Of a stretch of 64,000 nt of DNA, positions 36,886 to 49,370 are shown piece after piece; within the stretch, counting starts at the first letter, position 1; each line of letters begins with the position of its first letter. Below the pieces are notes generated by a model. It was given only the letters and a program-made list of their open reading frames with translations, did no database searches and was not told the origin of the DNA. The position numbers and the translations under genes are program-made. This DNA comes from Octopus bimaculoides (taxonomy: Eukaryota): assembly GCF_001194135.2 (NCBI RefSeq), contig NC_068991.1, forward strand, positions 57,176,535-57,240,534, in the 5' to 3' direction.

Positions 36886-37088
36886 GGTTTCAAATTTTGG
36901 CACAAGGCCAGCAGCTGTGTAGTGGGGGCTAAATCGATTAAATCGACTCCATTGTTGAAGTAGTCCTTATTTTATCGACCCTGAGAGAATGAAACGTAAA
37001 GTCGACGTTGGCGAAGTTTGAATTCAGAATGTGAAGATGGATGAAATACCGCTAAGCAGTTTGTCCGATTCTGCCAGCTCACCGCCTT
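36886..37088 (-). mobile_element. SINE family B with 16-bp target site duplication
   Basis: Full family match; CGGGTGAACTAATATT at 36870-36885 and 37089-37104. Confidence 0.9.
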
Positions 37089-37586
37089 CGGGTGAACTAA
37101 TATTAATAATGATAACTTTGTTTGCAACTGGTGTAAGACAAACATGAGGATATCCACGTACAAAAAAGGACAACGAGAAAAGAAGTATGAGATGCTAAAA
37201 AATAAAACACAGACCACGTAATCACACGAAGCACACACACATATAACAGTTATTTCCCACACGTATAACAGTTATAATCCTGGAGGTTACCGTGTTTCCT
37301 CTTAATTCGGTTTCAGATACCGGTTAACCACAACTGTCTTTTTTGTGATACCCGACCTAGCTATCAATAAGTTGCTAGACTCTGACAATTTACCTCGCTG
37401 GGTAAGTCCGAGTGTCTTATTCAGGGCTGCATAATTTCGGTAGAGTAAGTAATAGTATAAATAACGAGAGGGAGAAGCGAGATTTTTCACAACCATTAAC
37501 GTGCGTAGGATGCCGTAAATAACTGTTAAATAAAATTAGGGATGTGAAAAATCTCCGTTTTCCCTATCATTGCTAATATTATATAC

Positions 37587-37628
<42 letters not shown>

Positions 37629-38274
37629 NNNNNNNNNNNNNNNNNNNNNNNNNNNNNNNNNNNNNNNNNNNNNNNNNNNNNNNNNNNNNNNNNNNNNNNN
37701 NNNNNNNNNNNNNNNNNNNNNNNNNNNNNNNNNNNNNNNNNNNNNNNNNNNNNNNNNNNNNNNNNNNNNNNNNNNNNNNNNNNNNNNNNNNNNNNNNNNN
37801 NNNNNNNNNNNNNNNNNNNNNNNNNNNNNNNNNNNNNNNNNNNNNNNNNNNNNNNNNNNNNNNNNNNNNNNNNNNNNNNNNNNNNNNNNNNNNNNNNNNN
37901 NNNNNNNNNNNNNNNNNNNNNNNNNNNNNNNNNNNNNNNNNNNNNNNNNNNNNNNNNNNNNNNNNNNNNNNNNNNNNNNNNNNNNNNNNNNNNNNNNNNN
38001 NNNNNNNNNNNNNNNNNNNNNNNNNNNNNNNNNNNNNNNNNNNNNNNNNNNNNNNNNNNNNNNNNNNNNNNNNNNNNNNNNNNNNNNNNNNNNNNNNNNN
38101 NNNNNNNNNNNNNNNNNNNNNNNNNNNNNNNNNNNNNNNNNNNNNNNNNNNNNNNNNNNNNNNNNNNNNNNNNNNNNNNNNNNNNNNNNNNNNNNNNNNN
38201 NNNNNNNNNNNNNNNNNNNNNNNNNNNNNNNNNNNNNNNNNNNNNNNNNNNNNNNNNNNNNNNNNNNNNNNNNN

Positions 38275-38305
<31 letters not shown>

Positions 38306-38559
38306 AAGTGAGTTTGGAGGGATGTATTATCCGGTCTGATACCGTATTAGCTGTCAGTTAAGTTCCAGTTAACGGCTAACCAGAACGGTCAGTATCTAAC
38401 GTCTGTGACTGCAATTAGTTGTTAGTCGCTTTGTTAAAATATTGCAAGTTTGCAGCGGAAACACGTGTAGGTCATTATAATATACTGTATATAAGTATAG
38501 AATAGATTTTGTGGATGTACAAATCTCTATACTCTTTATTATTATCATTGTTGTTGTTG

Positions 38560-38623
<64 letters not shown>

Positions 38624-38967
38624 ATATAATTTAAAACTGTTTGATTCGGCTCCCTGCGACTGAGAATTTTCCAGGCTGCTGACAGAAAGCCAGCTCGTTC
38701 AAGCTCATCTTATTGAATGAAGGAACACATGAAGTCCAAAAGGACTACTGGAAAATGGGCTCCTATTCGTCAAGACAGGTTACATGGTGTTGTTAGAAGT
38801 GAGATCGGCATTTCAACGACGCGTATGCGCATGCGTGTGTATATCTGTGTATATGTGTGTGAGTGTTTGTTTGTGTGTATGTGTATGTGTGTGTCTGTGT
38901 GCACATATTTAAAAAAATGTTTTTACAAAGAATTCCCGTTGTAGTCATAATATTTAATTAAATATCA

Positions 38968-39125
38968 TTCAGGCGTGCTTGTGCGGTAACAAGTTTGTTT
39001 CCCTATCACAAGGTTCTGGGTTCAGTCCTACTGTGTGGTCACCTTAGGAAAGTGGTTTTTACTATAGCCACGGGCCCACCAAAGCTTTGTCAAATGAATT
39101 TGCCATACGGTAACTACATACAGAC
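38968..39125 (+). mobile_element. SINE family A head, diverged
   Basis: GGGTTCAGTCCTACTG..CACCTTAGGAAAGTG..TACTATAGCCACGGGCCCACCAAAGCTTTGT. Confidence 0.7.
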
Positions 39126-39532
39126 GTAAATTGTACTTATTTTGTCGACCCTGAAGTGCTAAAGGGTGAATCCGATATCGGTGGGATTTAGCTAACCAAC
39201 AGACACGAAGTAATAAATAAAACGAACTACTATTGCCATCAAAAACAAGATAAAAATCTACCAAATAATAAAGACTATAAACTGTTCCCTTTTGTATCAT
39301 TTAGCTTCCTTCGAAACAAATAGGAAAGTTTCAGAAATAAATTTCTTCAGTTAGACACTGATTCTTTGAGATGTGGAATTTTGCAGCTGTGAGATCACAG
39401 TTACTTCATTCGAGAGTTCAAGAAATTCTCAAAACAGAAGCAAAAGCCGAACCACCAACCATCCCCACTACCACATCGTTTACATTACTTACATATTCCA
39501 GTACACTTTCTTCACAGTTCGTCAACAAACAA

Positions 39533-39554
39533 TCTCTCTCTTGCTTTCTGTTTT

Positions 39555-39593
<39 letters not shown>

Positions 39594-39670
39594 TTCTGTT
39601 TCTATCTCTCTCTCTCTCTCTTGTTTTCTGTTTCTATCTCTCTCTCTCTCTCTCTCTTGCTTTCTGTTTC
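39533..39670. repeat. Compound (CT)n with recurring TTGTTTTCTGTTTCTATC spacer
   Basis: Spacer unit repeated 3-4 times between CT runs. Confidence 0.85.
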
Positions 39671-40135
39671 TCACTCACTCTCACGCACACTCTCTGTCTT
39701 TGAGTCACTGACACACACCGACGATTCACTCACGCTCTCTCTCTCTATCTCTCACACACACACAAACACACACGTACACCATATATACACGCACAGACCA
39801 CACACACACACACACAGACACACACACACACACACACACACAATTTCTCACCAGCTCACCTACACACGCTCGCACAGCTCCACACGTATGTATACACCCA
39901 CAAATATGCATTCAAGTCTTTGTGAGTATAGTTACGCTTGTATGTGACCGTAATGTGTATGTACGTTTTACACTGAGTATCCTTCATATAAATATATATA
40001 TATCTGTTGATATACATATACATCTTCAATATATCTGTGCATCTATGCGGGTATATATTTATGTATGTATATGTATGTATGTATTCCCACACACACACGC
40101 ACGCACACACACACACACACACACATACACACATA

Positions 40136-40180
<45 letters not shown>

Positions 40181-40547
40181 GTATGCATGTATATACAGAT
40201 ATGTGTGTGTGTTTATGCATAGATCTACCCGGAATATACTTCGTATACAGCTGTCTGTGCAATGATTTATCATCAAGTTTGGCTAATTACATTTTGCACC
40301 TGTTGCTTAAAAAAATCGCCGAAACTAATAACTAAATAAATTACAGACTAATACAGATTTTTCATGTCAGAAGGAATCAGCAATGGTAATAAGCACGAAG
40401 AAGGTTTTTTCTTATTTGTTGGGGAGTGTGAAGTTTCCGCTTACATGGCTTATGCATATACACGTATGTATCATGTCGAGCTAAGTAACTAACTACATAC
40501 ACATCTATGCGTGTGTATATGTGTATGTGTGTGTGTGTGAGTGTGCA

Positions 40548-40593
<46 letters not shown>

Positions 40594-41045
40594 TGTGTGT
40601 GTGTTGTATCTAAAACCCGACTGCTGTCTAGTTTTGACTTTTTTGTCATTATTGCTTTTCTTGAATCTTATTTCGAACAGTCAAATCCTTATATCCAACA
40701 TCAACGTTTCTAGACTTTCTCAGACTCATCCTCAGGATGAAATTGATGCTGGTGTATCTTGCTGGTTGTTTATACTAGCCAAACAAGGTTAATGTGACTG
40801 AGAAAACATTACAACCAGAATTTGAAAGTCAGGCAGATATGTCATTTATGAGCCATATATTTTCGGTTGCAACTTGTGTCTGATATTTGTACCTTTATTT
40901 TAATAATATTGCTGTAAATATTGCATCCATTATTATCCATGAACTTTTGTGGACATTCCTATGCAATATAGAAGCGTTGCTTACCAATGATTTCATAGCT
41001 CATCTTACTTTGTGTTGCGTGGTGCATTGCAGTTTCTTGCAATTG

Positions 41046-41609
41046 CGGGCCTGTGTGGATCAAAAGGTATCTGAACTGGTGCTATAAAAAGAGAATTACA
41101 ATACATATCGTTTCGGTATTTAATCTCCTTTGAAGCAGACCCCTTTTGAAGCCATATACGTCCTCCAGCGTCGTTTCCATTGATGGAAGCATTACTGCAA
41201 TTCCTTTTTGGGGCGCAGCGGGCAGCTACCTCGCCGCATTTCCCCGGATTTCCTCGACGTCTTGAAAGCCCTTTCAAATGGGATTGGTTTTTTTGCCCTG
41301 TTTTCGGGCTGATAGTTATAGACTCACGATTCGTCGTCTGTTATGGCCATTTTCAAAATGTTTTCCTGTTCCTTGACACAATCAAGAAGACCCTGTGCAG
41401 TTGAAATCCGATCTTCTTTTTGAGACAACCACACTCTACACACTTTACTTTGAAGCGCTGCTATAAACAACAGAAGTTAGCGAGAATGTTATAACTAAAT
41501 GTACATGCATAACAAATTTCGAGGTCAACTGATGCCAAGTGGTTTCACTCTACGTACTTTAGCTCAGTTACCATAGCAACAGGCTCGATAATTCTTTTAT
41601 CAGACCTCG
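41046..41609 (-). mobile_element. Non-autonomous mariner deletion derivative (about 565 bp) with both TIRs
   Basis: Minus-strand start CGAGGTCTGATAAAAG, diverged matching TIR at 41046; fragments AQGLLDCVKEQENILKMAITDDES*VYNYQPE and FQDVEEIRGN..CFHQWKRRW..SKGVCFKGD*. Confidence 0.82.
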
Positions 41610-41884
41610 TGCATATGGCAAATATAACAGTTGGATTCGTTAACTTTACAACTTTATAGGTTTCAATCAAATTTTAAAATCACATTTGTCATAGCAAACT
41701 TTAAAAGCTTATTAAATATAAGAAGTTTTTGCTTTTTAATTTTAACTATTTTTATCGTAAATTTTAGTATTAGCTCATCGTTTAATCTAATACATTTTCT
41801 TCTCGTTTATGAATTGCTTTTATAATGCTTTCCCCTGTGAAAATTTAGTATTTATTTAATTCATATTATTCACGGATTTCTTAT

Positions 41885-42030
41885 AGTTTCCGTCTATCAA
41901 ATCCGTTTATAAGGCTTTGGACGGCACTAAGTTATAATACAAGACTCGTACCACAGCTTCAGTATGATTGAAACTTTAACCATGTATTTGGGAAGTAAAC
42001 GTCGTACTGCAAAACCATGCCAGCGTCTAT
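41885..42030 (-). mobile_element. SINE family A head, diverged
   Basis: GTTTCCGTCTATCAAATCC..AAGGCTTTGG..AACCATGT..GGGAAGTAA. Confidence 0.55.
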
Positions 42031-42404
42031 ATGTGAAGAACTGATATTATTCTGTCTGTTGGCCTTAAGAAAGAACATCCTCAATATGAAATTCTCAGGA
42101 AGGAACACATCAATCTACATCTATAGCGAATATTCTTTTCAATTTTAGGCACATATCCCACCTCTCCTTTTCCCTATCTTTCTCTCTCTTCCCCTATCTC
42201 TCACTCGCCTTTCCTTTCTACCTCTCAACATAGGCTCACACATAAACATGGATTCATATATAAATAGATTCATACCTATGCACATACATAAATACATACA
42301 TGCATACATACATACATACATACATACATACACACACCTACATACACACAAAGAGATCGGAAGAGCNNNNNNNNNNNNNNNNNNNNNNNNNNNNNNNNNN
42401 NNNN

Positions 42405-42487
<83 letters not shown>

Positions 42488-42773
42488 GAAATAGATAGAT
42501 CGATAGATAGATAGATAGATAGATAGATAAATATTTATATACATATACAAGAAACTAATAGGAGAGACTAATAGGATGAAGATTGATGCATCAACTTGTT
42601 TTTTTCATCGTGGTTTTTATGTATCACTGTTCTGGTTTTAAGCAGAACTGACCCTGTGCCCTGAGCCAGAGATTGCTTGGAGACACAAGGCACGTTATAT
42701 AAATCTGCCTAATTACGATGGCTCCGTGGCATGAAACAATTAGTTGCTCTTATTTTAATAATGCGTGCATAAA

Positions 42774-42804
<31 letters not shown>

Positions 42805-42904
42805 TGTGTGTGCGCGCGTGTGTGTGAGTGCATGCGTGTGAGAGAGAGTGTGTGTGTATGTGTATGTGTATTTAGATGTATATATGTATGCATGTGTGTA
42901 TGCA

Positions 42905-42918
42905 AAGATTATATAGAC

Positions 42919-42953
<35 letters not shown>

Positions 42954-42992
42954 TAGACAGACAGGTAGATATATATATATATATATATATAT

Positions 42993-43038
<46 letters not shown>

Positions 43039-43052
43039 AGGGGTAGATAGAT

Positions 43053-43087
<35 letters not shown>

Positions 43088-43100
43088 GAGATAGATAGAG

Positions 43101-43155
<55 letters not shown>
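42905..43155. repeat. Compound (GATA)n/(GACA)n/(GA)n/(TA)n microsatellite
   Basis: Visible repeat. Confidence 0.95.
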
Positions 43156-43156
<1 letters not shown>

Positions 43157-45082
43157 TATATATGAGTGTTTCCTTAAGATCATACCACCAAATTTATCTT
43201 ATAACAACATACAATAGGAAAGTCAACATAGAACAATATAAGATTAATAATATTATATATTAAAGATACACGCACATACGCACACATACACACACGCACA
43301 CTCCACACAAACACATGCATATAAATACATAGCGTATGTATGTATCGTTTTATATATATATGTGTGTGTGTGTTTGAGTTAAAGTAGTGAGGCCCAAAAA
43401 TAATGAAATAATTTAATCCTTCCACTAGTTAAATTCTAAACTCAAAAGAAATTAATCCATTTCATAAACGAGAAATATGTCTGAGATCAATATTTAATTA
43501 AAAAGATCTGAAGATCATATATATAAGATATTAATTAGATATCTAATTAGATACTTAAGTATAATTCAATAAATTATATGGTGGACAGCAAAAATAAAAA
43601 ATGTTCTTTATGTATACTAAATTTTGATTACGAAAAACAAAATTTAATCCTGACGAGGATGTAAAGAAAACGGAATGTTAATAATTTCCTTTGACTGACG
43701 ATAATGAGTATTTTTGAAGTACAAGTGTTGTTATTCAACGAACAATCTGCATTGCTATAATACTTAGACTACGTAGGGTAATGACCGAGTCTCAAAACAT
43801 ATTTTTGCATGACCAACATAACACAATAACCAAATATCCTTCAAATCACACCGTAATGTTCTTTCAAAAAGAAAGTTTGGAAACAACAAAAAGAGAATAC
43901 GATCAAGCTTTTAGTGATTTTTGTCATAAATTTGCTTGATCATGAATTATTTGAGGTGTTATAAATATCGTTTCCAACATTATTTGTCAAGTTTTATGAA
44001 AACTTCCATTCATTATGAAAGTGTTTTTCATTAATGATTCTATTGTTGGTTTTACTCTGGGTTCTGTGGTGCGTTGCAAATGCTTCTTTTTTTTTTTGTG
44101 GTAAAGGTTAGTGCGTGGTGGCCTGGTTTGAGAACTTTGCATATATATGGCAAGCATAAAAGTTAGAGTCGTTAAGTTTACAATTTTCCAAGTTGCAGTC
44201 GATTTTCAAAATTGCATATCCGACAACGACATCTATCAATCGCTCTTTTGAAAGCCACCTCGATATTTTAAGAGATAAACATTCTTTCTCAACTATCTTT
44301 AGTATATAATTGTCAGTATGAGGGTCATTGATTTTCATAACGTTCTTCACTATCAATGACGCATTTTCTTTGAAAAGACTTATTCTGAAGTACTTCCAAC
44401 GCTGGTGAGGATAAAACTAGCATGCAAAGTAACGAGAAAATGTTTATTTGAGGAACAGTGTACATGTCTGGTAATGCTGTTGTTGAAGCATTTAAATCAG
44501 CATTTTGGATGTATTTTCTCATCTTTTTTTTTTTCAAGTTCTGTATTAAAGCCTCGATGAGCAATTAAGTTTATATTCAATTATATTTGCTTTCTATACG
44601 CAAAATACCTTGTTTTGTTCCTTCTCAGTGTTATGAGCTACCGCGGTATGGATTAGGCTCCGGGTGTAGGAAACAATATCTTTATGCTAAGTAATTAGAA
44701 AAACTATTTTTTTCATTCATTCTCACATAAGCATACGTTCAAATTTGCCAAAGAATTTGAAAGTTAACATAAAAAGAAATGAAAGCTTCTAATGTGTATG
44801 CATGTGTGCAGATATGCATATGTGTTTCTGCGTGATAGTAAGTCTGCATACATACATGTCAGCATCTGTGTGTTTGTGTGTGTAGAGTTATGTTGTGGTG
44901 TTGGTAATGGTAGGAATAGTGATGGTGATGGTGAAGGAAGGTGTAATGATATAGGAGAAGAGGAAAACAACTGCCACTGGAATGACTGGCAGGGACCACG
45001 TGTTCAGAGATATCATGTCAGTATATCGGAGTCATTCTGAATGGCGACGAAGAGAAGAAGGAAATATACGAGCTAAGAGCAG

Positions 45083-45147
<65 letters not shown>

Positions 45148-45928
45148 CACACATACATACATACATTAATGCTTGTATGCATGTATATGTTCACACACAC
45201 ACACACTCACGCACACACATATATCTGTATATGTATGCATATATATATGTATATATATNNNNNNNNNNNNNNNNNNNNNNNNNNNNNNNNNNNNNNNNNN
45301 NNNNNNNNNNNNNNNNNNNNNNNNNNNNNNNNNNNNNNNNNNNNNNNNNNNNNNNNNNNNNNNNNNNNNNNNNNNNNNNNNNNNNNNNNNNNNNNNNNNN
45401 NNNNNNNNNNNNNNNNNNNNNNNNNNNNNNNNNNNNNNNNNNNNNNNNNNNNNNNNNNNNNNNNNNNNNNNNNNNNNNNNNNNNNNNNNNNNNNNNNNNN
45501 NNNNNNNNNNNNNNNNNNNNNNNNNNNNNNNNNNNNNNNNNNNNNNNNNNNNNNNNNNNNNNNNNNNNNNNNNNNNNNNNNNNNNNNNNNNNNNNNNNNN
45601 NNNNNNNNNNNNNNNNNNNNNNNNNNNNNNNNNNNNNNNNNNNNNNNNNNNNNNNNNNNNNNNNNNNNNNNNNNNNNNNNNNNNNNNNNNNNNNNNNNNN
45701 NNNNNNNNNNNNNNNNNNNNNNNNNNNNNNNNNNNNNNNNNNNNNNNNNNNNNNNNNNNNNNNNNNNNNNNNNNNNNNNNNNNNNNNNNNNNNNNNNNNN
45801 NNNNNNNNNNNNNNNNNNNNNNNNNNNNNNNNNNNNNNNNNNAGTCATGAAGGAAAATACGAAGAAATACACAAAGAAGTGAAGCTAAGAGTTTTAAACT
45901 TAATAACATCATCATCACCATCACCACC

Positions 45929-45959
<31 letters not shown>

Positions 45960-45994
45960 CCACTACCATGTGTCCAATGTCAGAAAATTAACAA

Positions 45995-48093
45995 ATGAGC
46001 GAAGTGAGAGTGGTTAGGGGGAAGGGTTACTTAACTGGAGTAGAAATATCTGGGATTAGTGGGAGTCTGAGAGACCCTGCGGATGGGCTACGAAGGATGG
46101 TCGGAGTAGAAAACAGAGAGGTAAGAGTTGAAATCAGCGGGGAGAGTAGACAGGAGGAGCAGGGAAATGGTGATGGGGCTGTTAAGGATGAGGAACAGAA
46201 ACGTTATACAGTGAGCCCTGATACTGTGGTGGGTGGACATGCAGGGGAAACGAACCAACTAGATAATGAATTGCTTGAAATTCAAGGACGACTCACCGAC
46301 TTGATGAATGCGCCATAAGAAAAAATCCCCATGAATATGAGAAGGGTAGATAGGAGTATGATAAATAAAGTAACATAAAAGATAAATACTGTCATACCTT
46401 ACATCCAGACGGAGGACATAGCACAAACAAGGAATCTTCTCCGAGTTATTGCACTACTTGCTGAGGGGAAATTACAACTTAAGAGAACAAAAAATGGTGA
46501 AGCAAAAGAACCATGGTAGAAACGACGCACTGAAAGGGACATAATGCGGGCAAGGCAAAATCTTGGAAAAATTGAGCAATGGTTAAGAGGAAAGTGGAAA
46601 AGGGGAAAAAGACTGACCGAGAAGAATTAGAGAAGAAATAAAACAAACGGAAGAACGGGTTTAATGCAGTAAAAGAGCAGTTAAAACAGAGAATCACGGC
46701 AAAAAGCCAGAAGATCAGAGAATTTGTGAAAAGAAATAAGCAGTTCGAGGAGAACAGATTGTTCAAAAATAACCCGAAGCCATTCTTCTGAACGTTAGAA
46801 GGATTCAATGGGAAAAATGTTGGTCCTGATGCAAATCAAGTTAAGGAGTTCTGGAGCGGATTATGGGGACACAATGTGGTGCATAAAAGGGATGCAATTT
46901 GGATAGAAACTATCAAGACAGAATTACAAGGAGGAAAGAAACAAAGGACTATTGTCATAAGCGCGGGTGATGTGAAAGAACATGTGGGTAAAGTGCCGAA
47001 CTGAAAAGCCCCCGGAACAGATGAGATTCGTGGCTCTCGGACGAAGAGATGTCACGCAGTGCATGAAAGACTAGCAGCCCAATTGAATGAGTGTGTCCAG
47101 AAAGGTACAGTCTCTGCGTGGATGGTGACTGGGAGGTCAACACTTATAATGAATCATAGAAGAAAGGAGAATATTGTGGGAAACTACCGTCCCATAGCAT
47201 GCCTAAACATAATCTGGAAGATACTGGAATATATGCGGCAAAGACATACTTTCCTGGCACAGGAAGAAATACTACCAAGGGGAAAAAAAGGATGTAGGAA
47301 GAATTCTCAGAGTATAAAGGATCACCTGGTTATCGATAAAACAGTTTTGAGGCATTGTAAAAACATCATACAAACATGTTTATGGCTGGGATTGACTTTA
47401 AAAAGGCATATGATATGATGCCTCATTTTTGGATCGTTGAATGCATGCCGATGTTTGATGTTGCTGACAACATCACAAATTTTCTGCTGTATGGCATAAA
47501 AGAGTGAAAAACCAAATTGTACTCAAGTAATATATTCCTTGGAGAAGTTAATATTAAACGAGGTATCTTCCAAGGTGACTCGTTTTCTCCGTTACTATTT
47601 GTAATTGCACTAATACCCATAACAATGGCACTAAGAAAAGTTAAGATGGGTTACCGATGTGGGAAGAAAGGCCTATCATTGAACCATCATCTGTTTATGA
47701 ATGACCTGAAATCGTTTGAGAAATCTGAAAAACAGATAGATTTCTTAACCAAAACAGTCCAGAAATGTGGTAGGGACATCGGTATAGAATCTGGGATTAC
47801 CAAATGCTCAATACTTAATATGAAAAGAGGGAAGAGAGCGTCATGCAGAGGATTGCGGTTACCATCAGGAGAGACCATAGGTGAACCCGATGGTAGTGGG
47901 TATAGAAATTTAGGGATTTTGGAGCTGGATAACATTCTACACAGAGAAATGAAAGTAAAGGTCAGCGAGGTGTATCAATAAAGGGCGAAGATGTGTTGAA
48001 ATCCAACCTCAATGCCAAAAATTTGATTACCGCAATGAATATCTGGTCAATTGCGGTGTTCAGGTATGGTGCGTCCATCCTCAAATGGAAATA
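45995..48093 (+). pseudogene. R4/Dong-like non-LTR retrotransposon ORF (N-terminal region plus reverse transcriptase), multiply disrupted and 3' truncated
   Basis: VKEFWSGLW, PN*KAPGTD, NYRPIACLNIIWKIL, IDFKKAYDMMPH, IKRGIFQGDSFSPLLFVIAL, HLFMNDLK (RT catalytic motif decayed), YRNLGI, NIWSIAVFRYG; many stops and frameshifts. Confidence 0.92.
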
Positions 48094-48104
48094 TCAACAC
48101 TGGA

Positions 48105-48205
48105 TAGAAGTCCATTACATCAACAGCATTATTTCAATGGTACTTTATTTCATCGACCTCCTGAAAACTGAAAGCCAAAGTCAAGTATAGCGTCATTAGA
48201 ACTCA
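48105..48205 (-). mobile_element. SINE family B fragment truncating the LINE
   Basis: GGTACTTTATTTCATCGACCTCC..GAAAGCCAAAGTCAA. Confidence 0.55.
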
Positions 48206-48968
48206 CTTAAAGAATCGTAAGAAATATCAAAAGTTATCTTAGTAGACGCTCCACCGGTTCTGCTAATCCAAGCTCACCGAAATGTGATATTAATAGACTA
48301 TGCTTGGTCTGTCAGAGTGTATTTAAAGGGTGGCTCATTTTGAGACTGAAGAACTTCCAGACAGCCAGCAGATGTAGAATGTTTTTACAAGCCAATCAGT
48401 CTATTTATATATAATGTGTATGTATATATGGTGTTCACGCAAGTGTGTCAAAATGCCGTATGTTTTAATGCTTCTGTATGTGTGTCTGTAGATAGCATTT
48501 GACGGATTGTGTTAGATATACTTTCATTGCTGATTTGATTTTCCAAGTGAACTTTAATGCTTGTTTACTTGTTTGCTTGCTTGTGTGTTTGTTTGTGTGT
48601 GTTTGGGTGTAGGTGTTTGTGTGTATGCGCGTGTACGATTTTTTTGAGACTCCAACTTATGCAAATTTTGAACGAAGAGGGCTACTACCACTTGCTATTT
48701 TCCCCCTAAACACTATCTTCAGTCTCTGTCTCTGTGTGGATAGACACCCATACACACATACACACACGCACGCACGCACACACATACACACACACACATA
48801 TAGATACATATACGTATACATATATAGACACACAAACATATTTATATACAAATATATATATATATGCACTCATGTATATATATGTGTGTGTGTGTGTGTG
48901 TTAAATAAAATGAGACAACAAAGCCAAGAGTGTGTGGAATTTTCAGGACATTTATAAAGAGAAAGTTA

Positions 48969-49016
48969 GTCTTACAGTTATTTCTTGGATATTAGGGACA
49001 TCCTTTCATCAGAGAC
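48969..49016 (-). ncRNA. Type I hammerhead-ribozyme-like motif (left arm)
   Basis: Minus strand GTCT-CTGATGA-AA-GGAT..ATCC-AA-GAAAT-AACT-GTA-AGAC; stem II GGAT/ATCC intact, stem III weakened. Confidence 0.5.
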
Positions 49017-49322
49017 GATGTGAGATGGTTAGACACCTTTAAATTAGCAGCACATGGAATCTACGTCCCCACACTTTCCATTTGTAATGACAAAATATGA
49101 ACTCTTATCGGAACTTACATACTATGGACAAGAAGCATTTCTACCACTTCTTCATACAACTTTTCGTGGAAAATATACCTGCAACTCTAACATCTTACAT
49201 ATATTTTAATTTTTACTGTCATTCTCTTATTTCCCTTTATACTTGTTATTCTCATCCCTTTCCAAAGAAATAACTCCTTATATTGAACTCTACTATTTCT
49301 CTCTATGTAACTATGTCTCATC

Positions 49323-49370
49323 GTCTCTGATGAAAGCATATCCTTAATAACCAAGAAACAGCTGTAAGAC
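49323..49370 (+). ncRNA. Type I hammerhead-ribozyme-like motif (right arm)
   Basis: GTCT-CTGATGA-(21 nt)-GAAAC-AGCT-GTA-AGAC: stem I GTCT/AGAC, both core boxes, palindromic loop III; stem II mutated. Confidence 0.55.

Noticed and set aside
45843-45998. Poly-proline ORF end suggesting a formin/WASP-like exon
   Set aside because: It is a (CCA)/(CAT) microsatellite beside a gap
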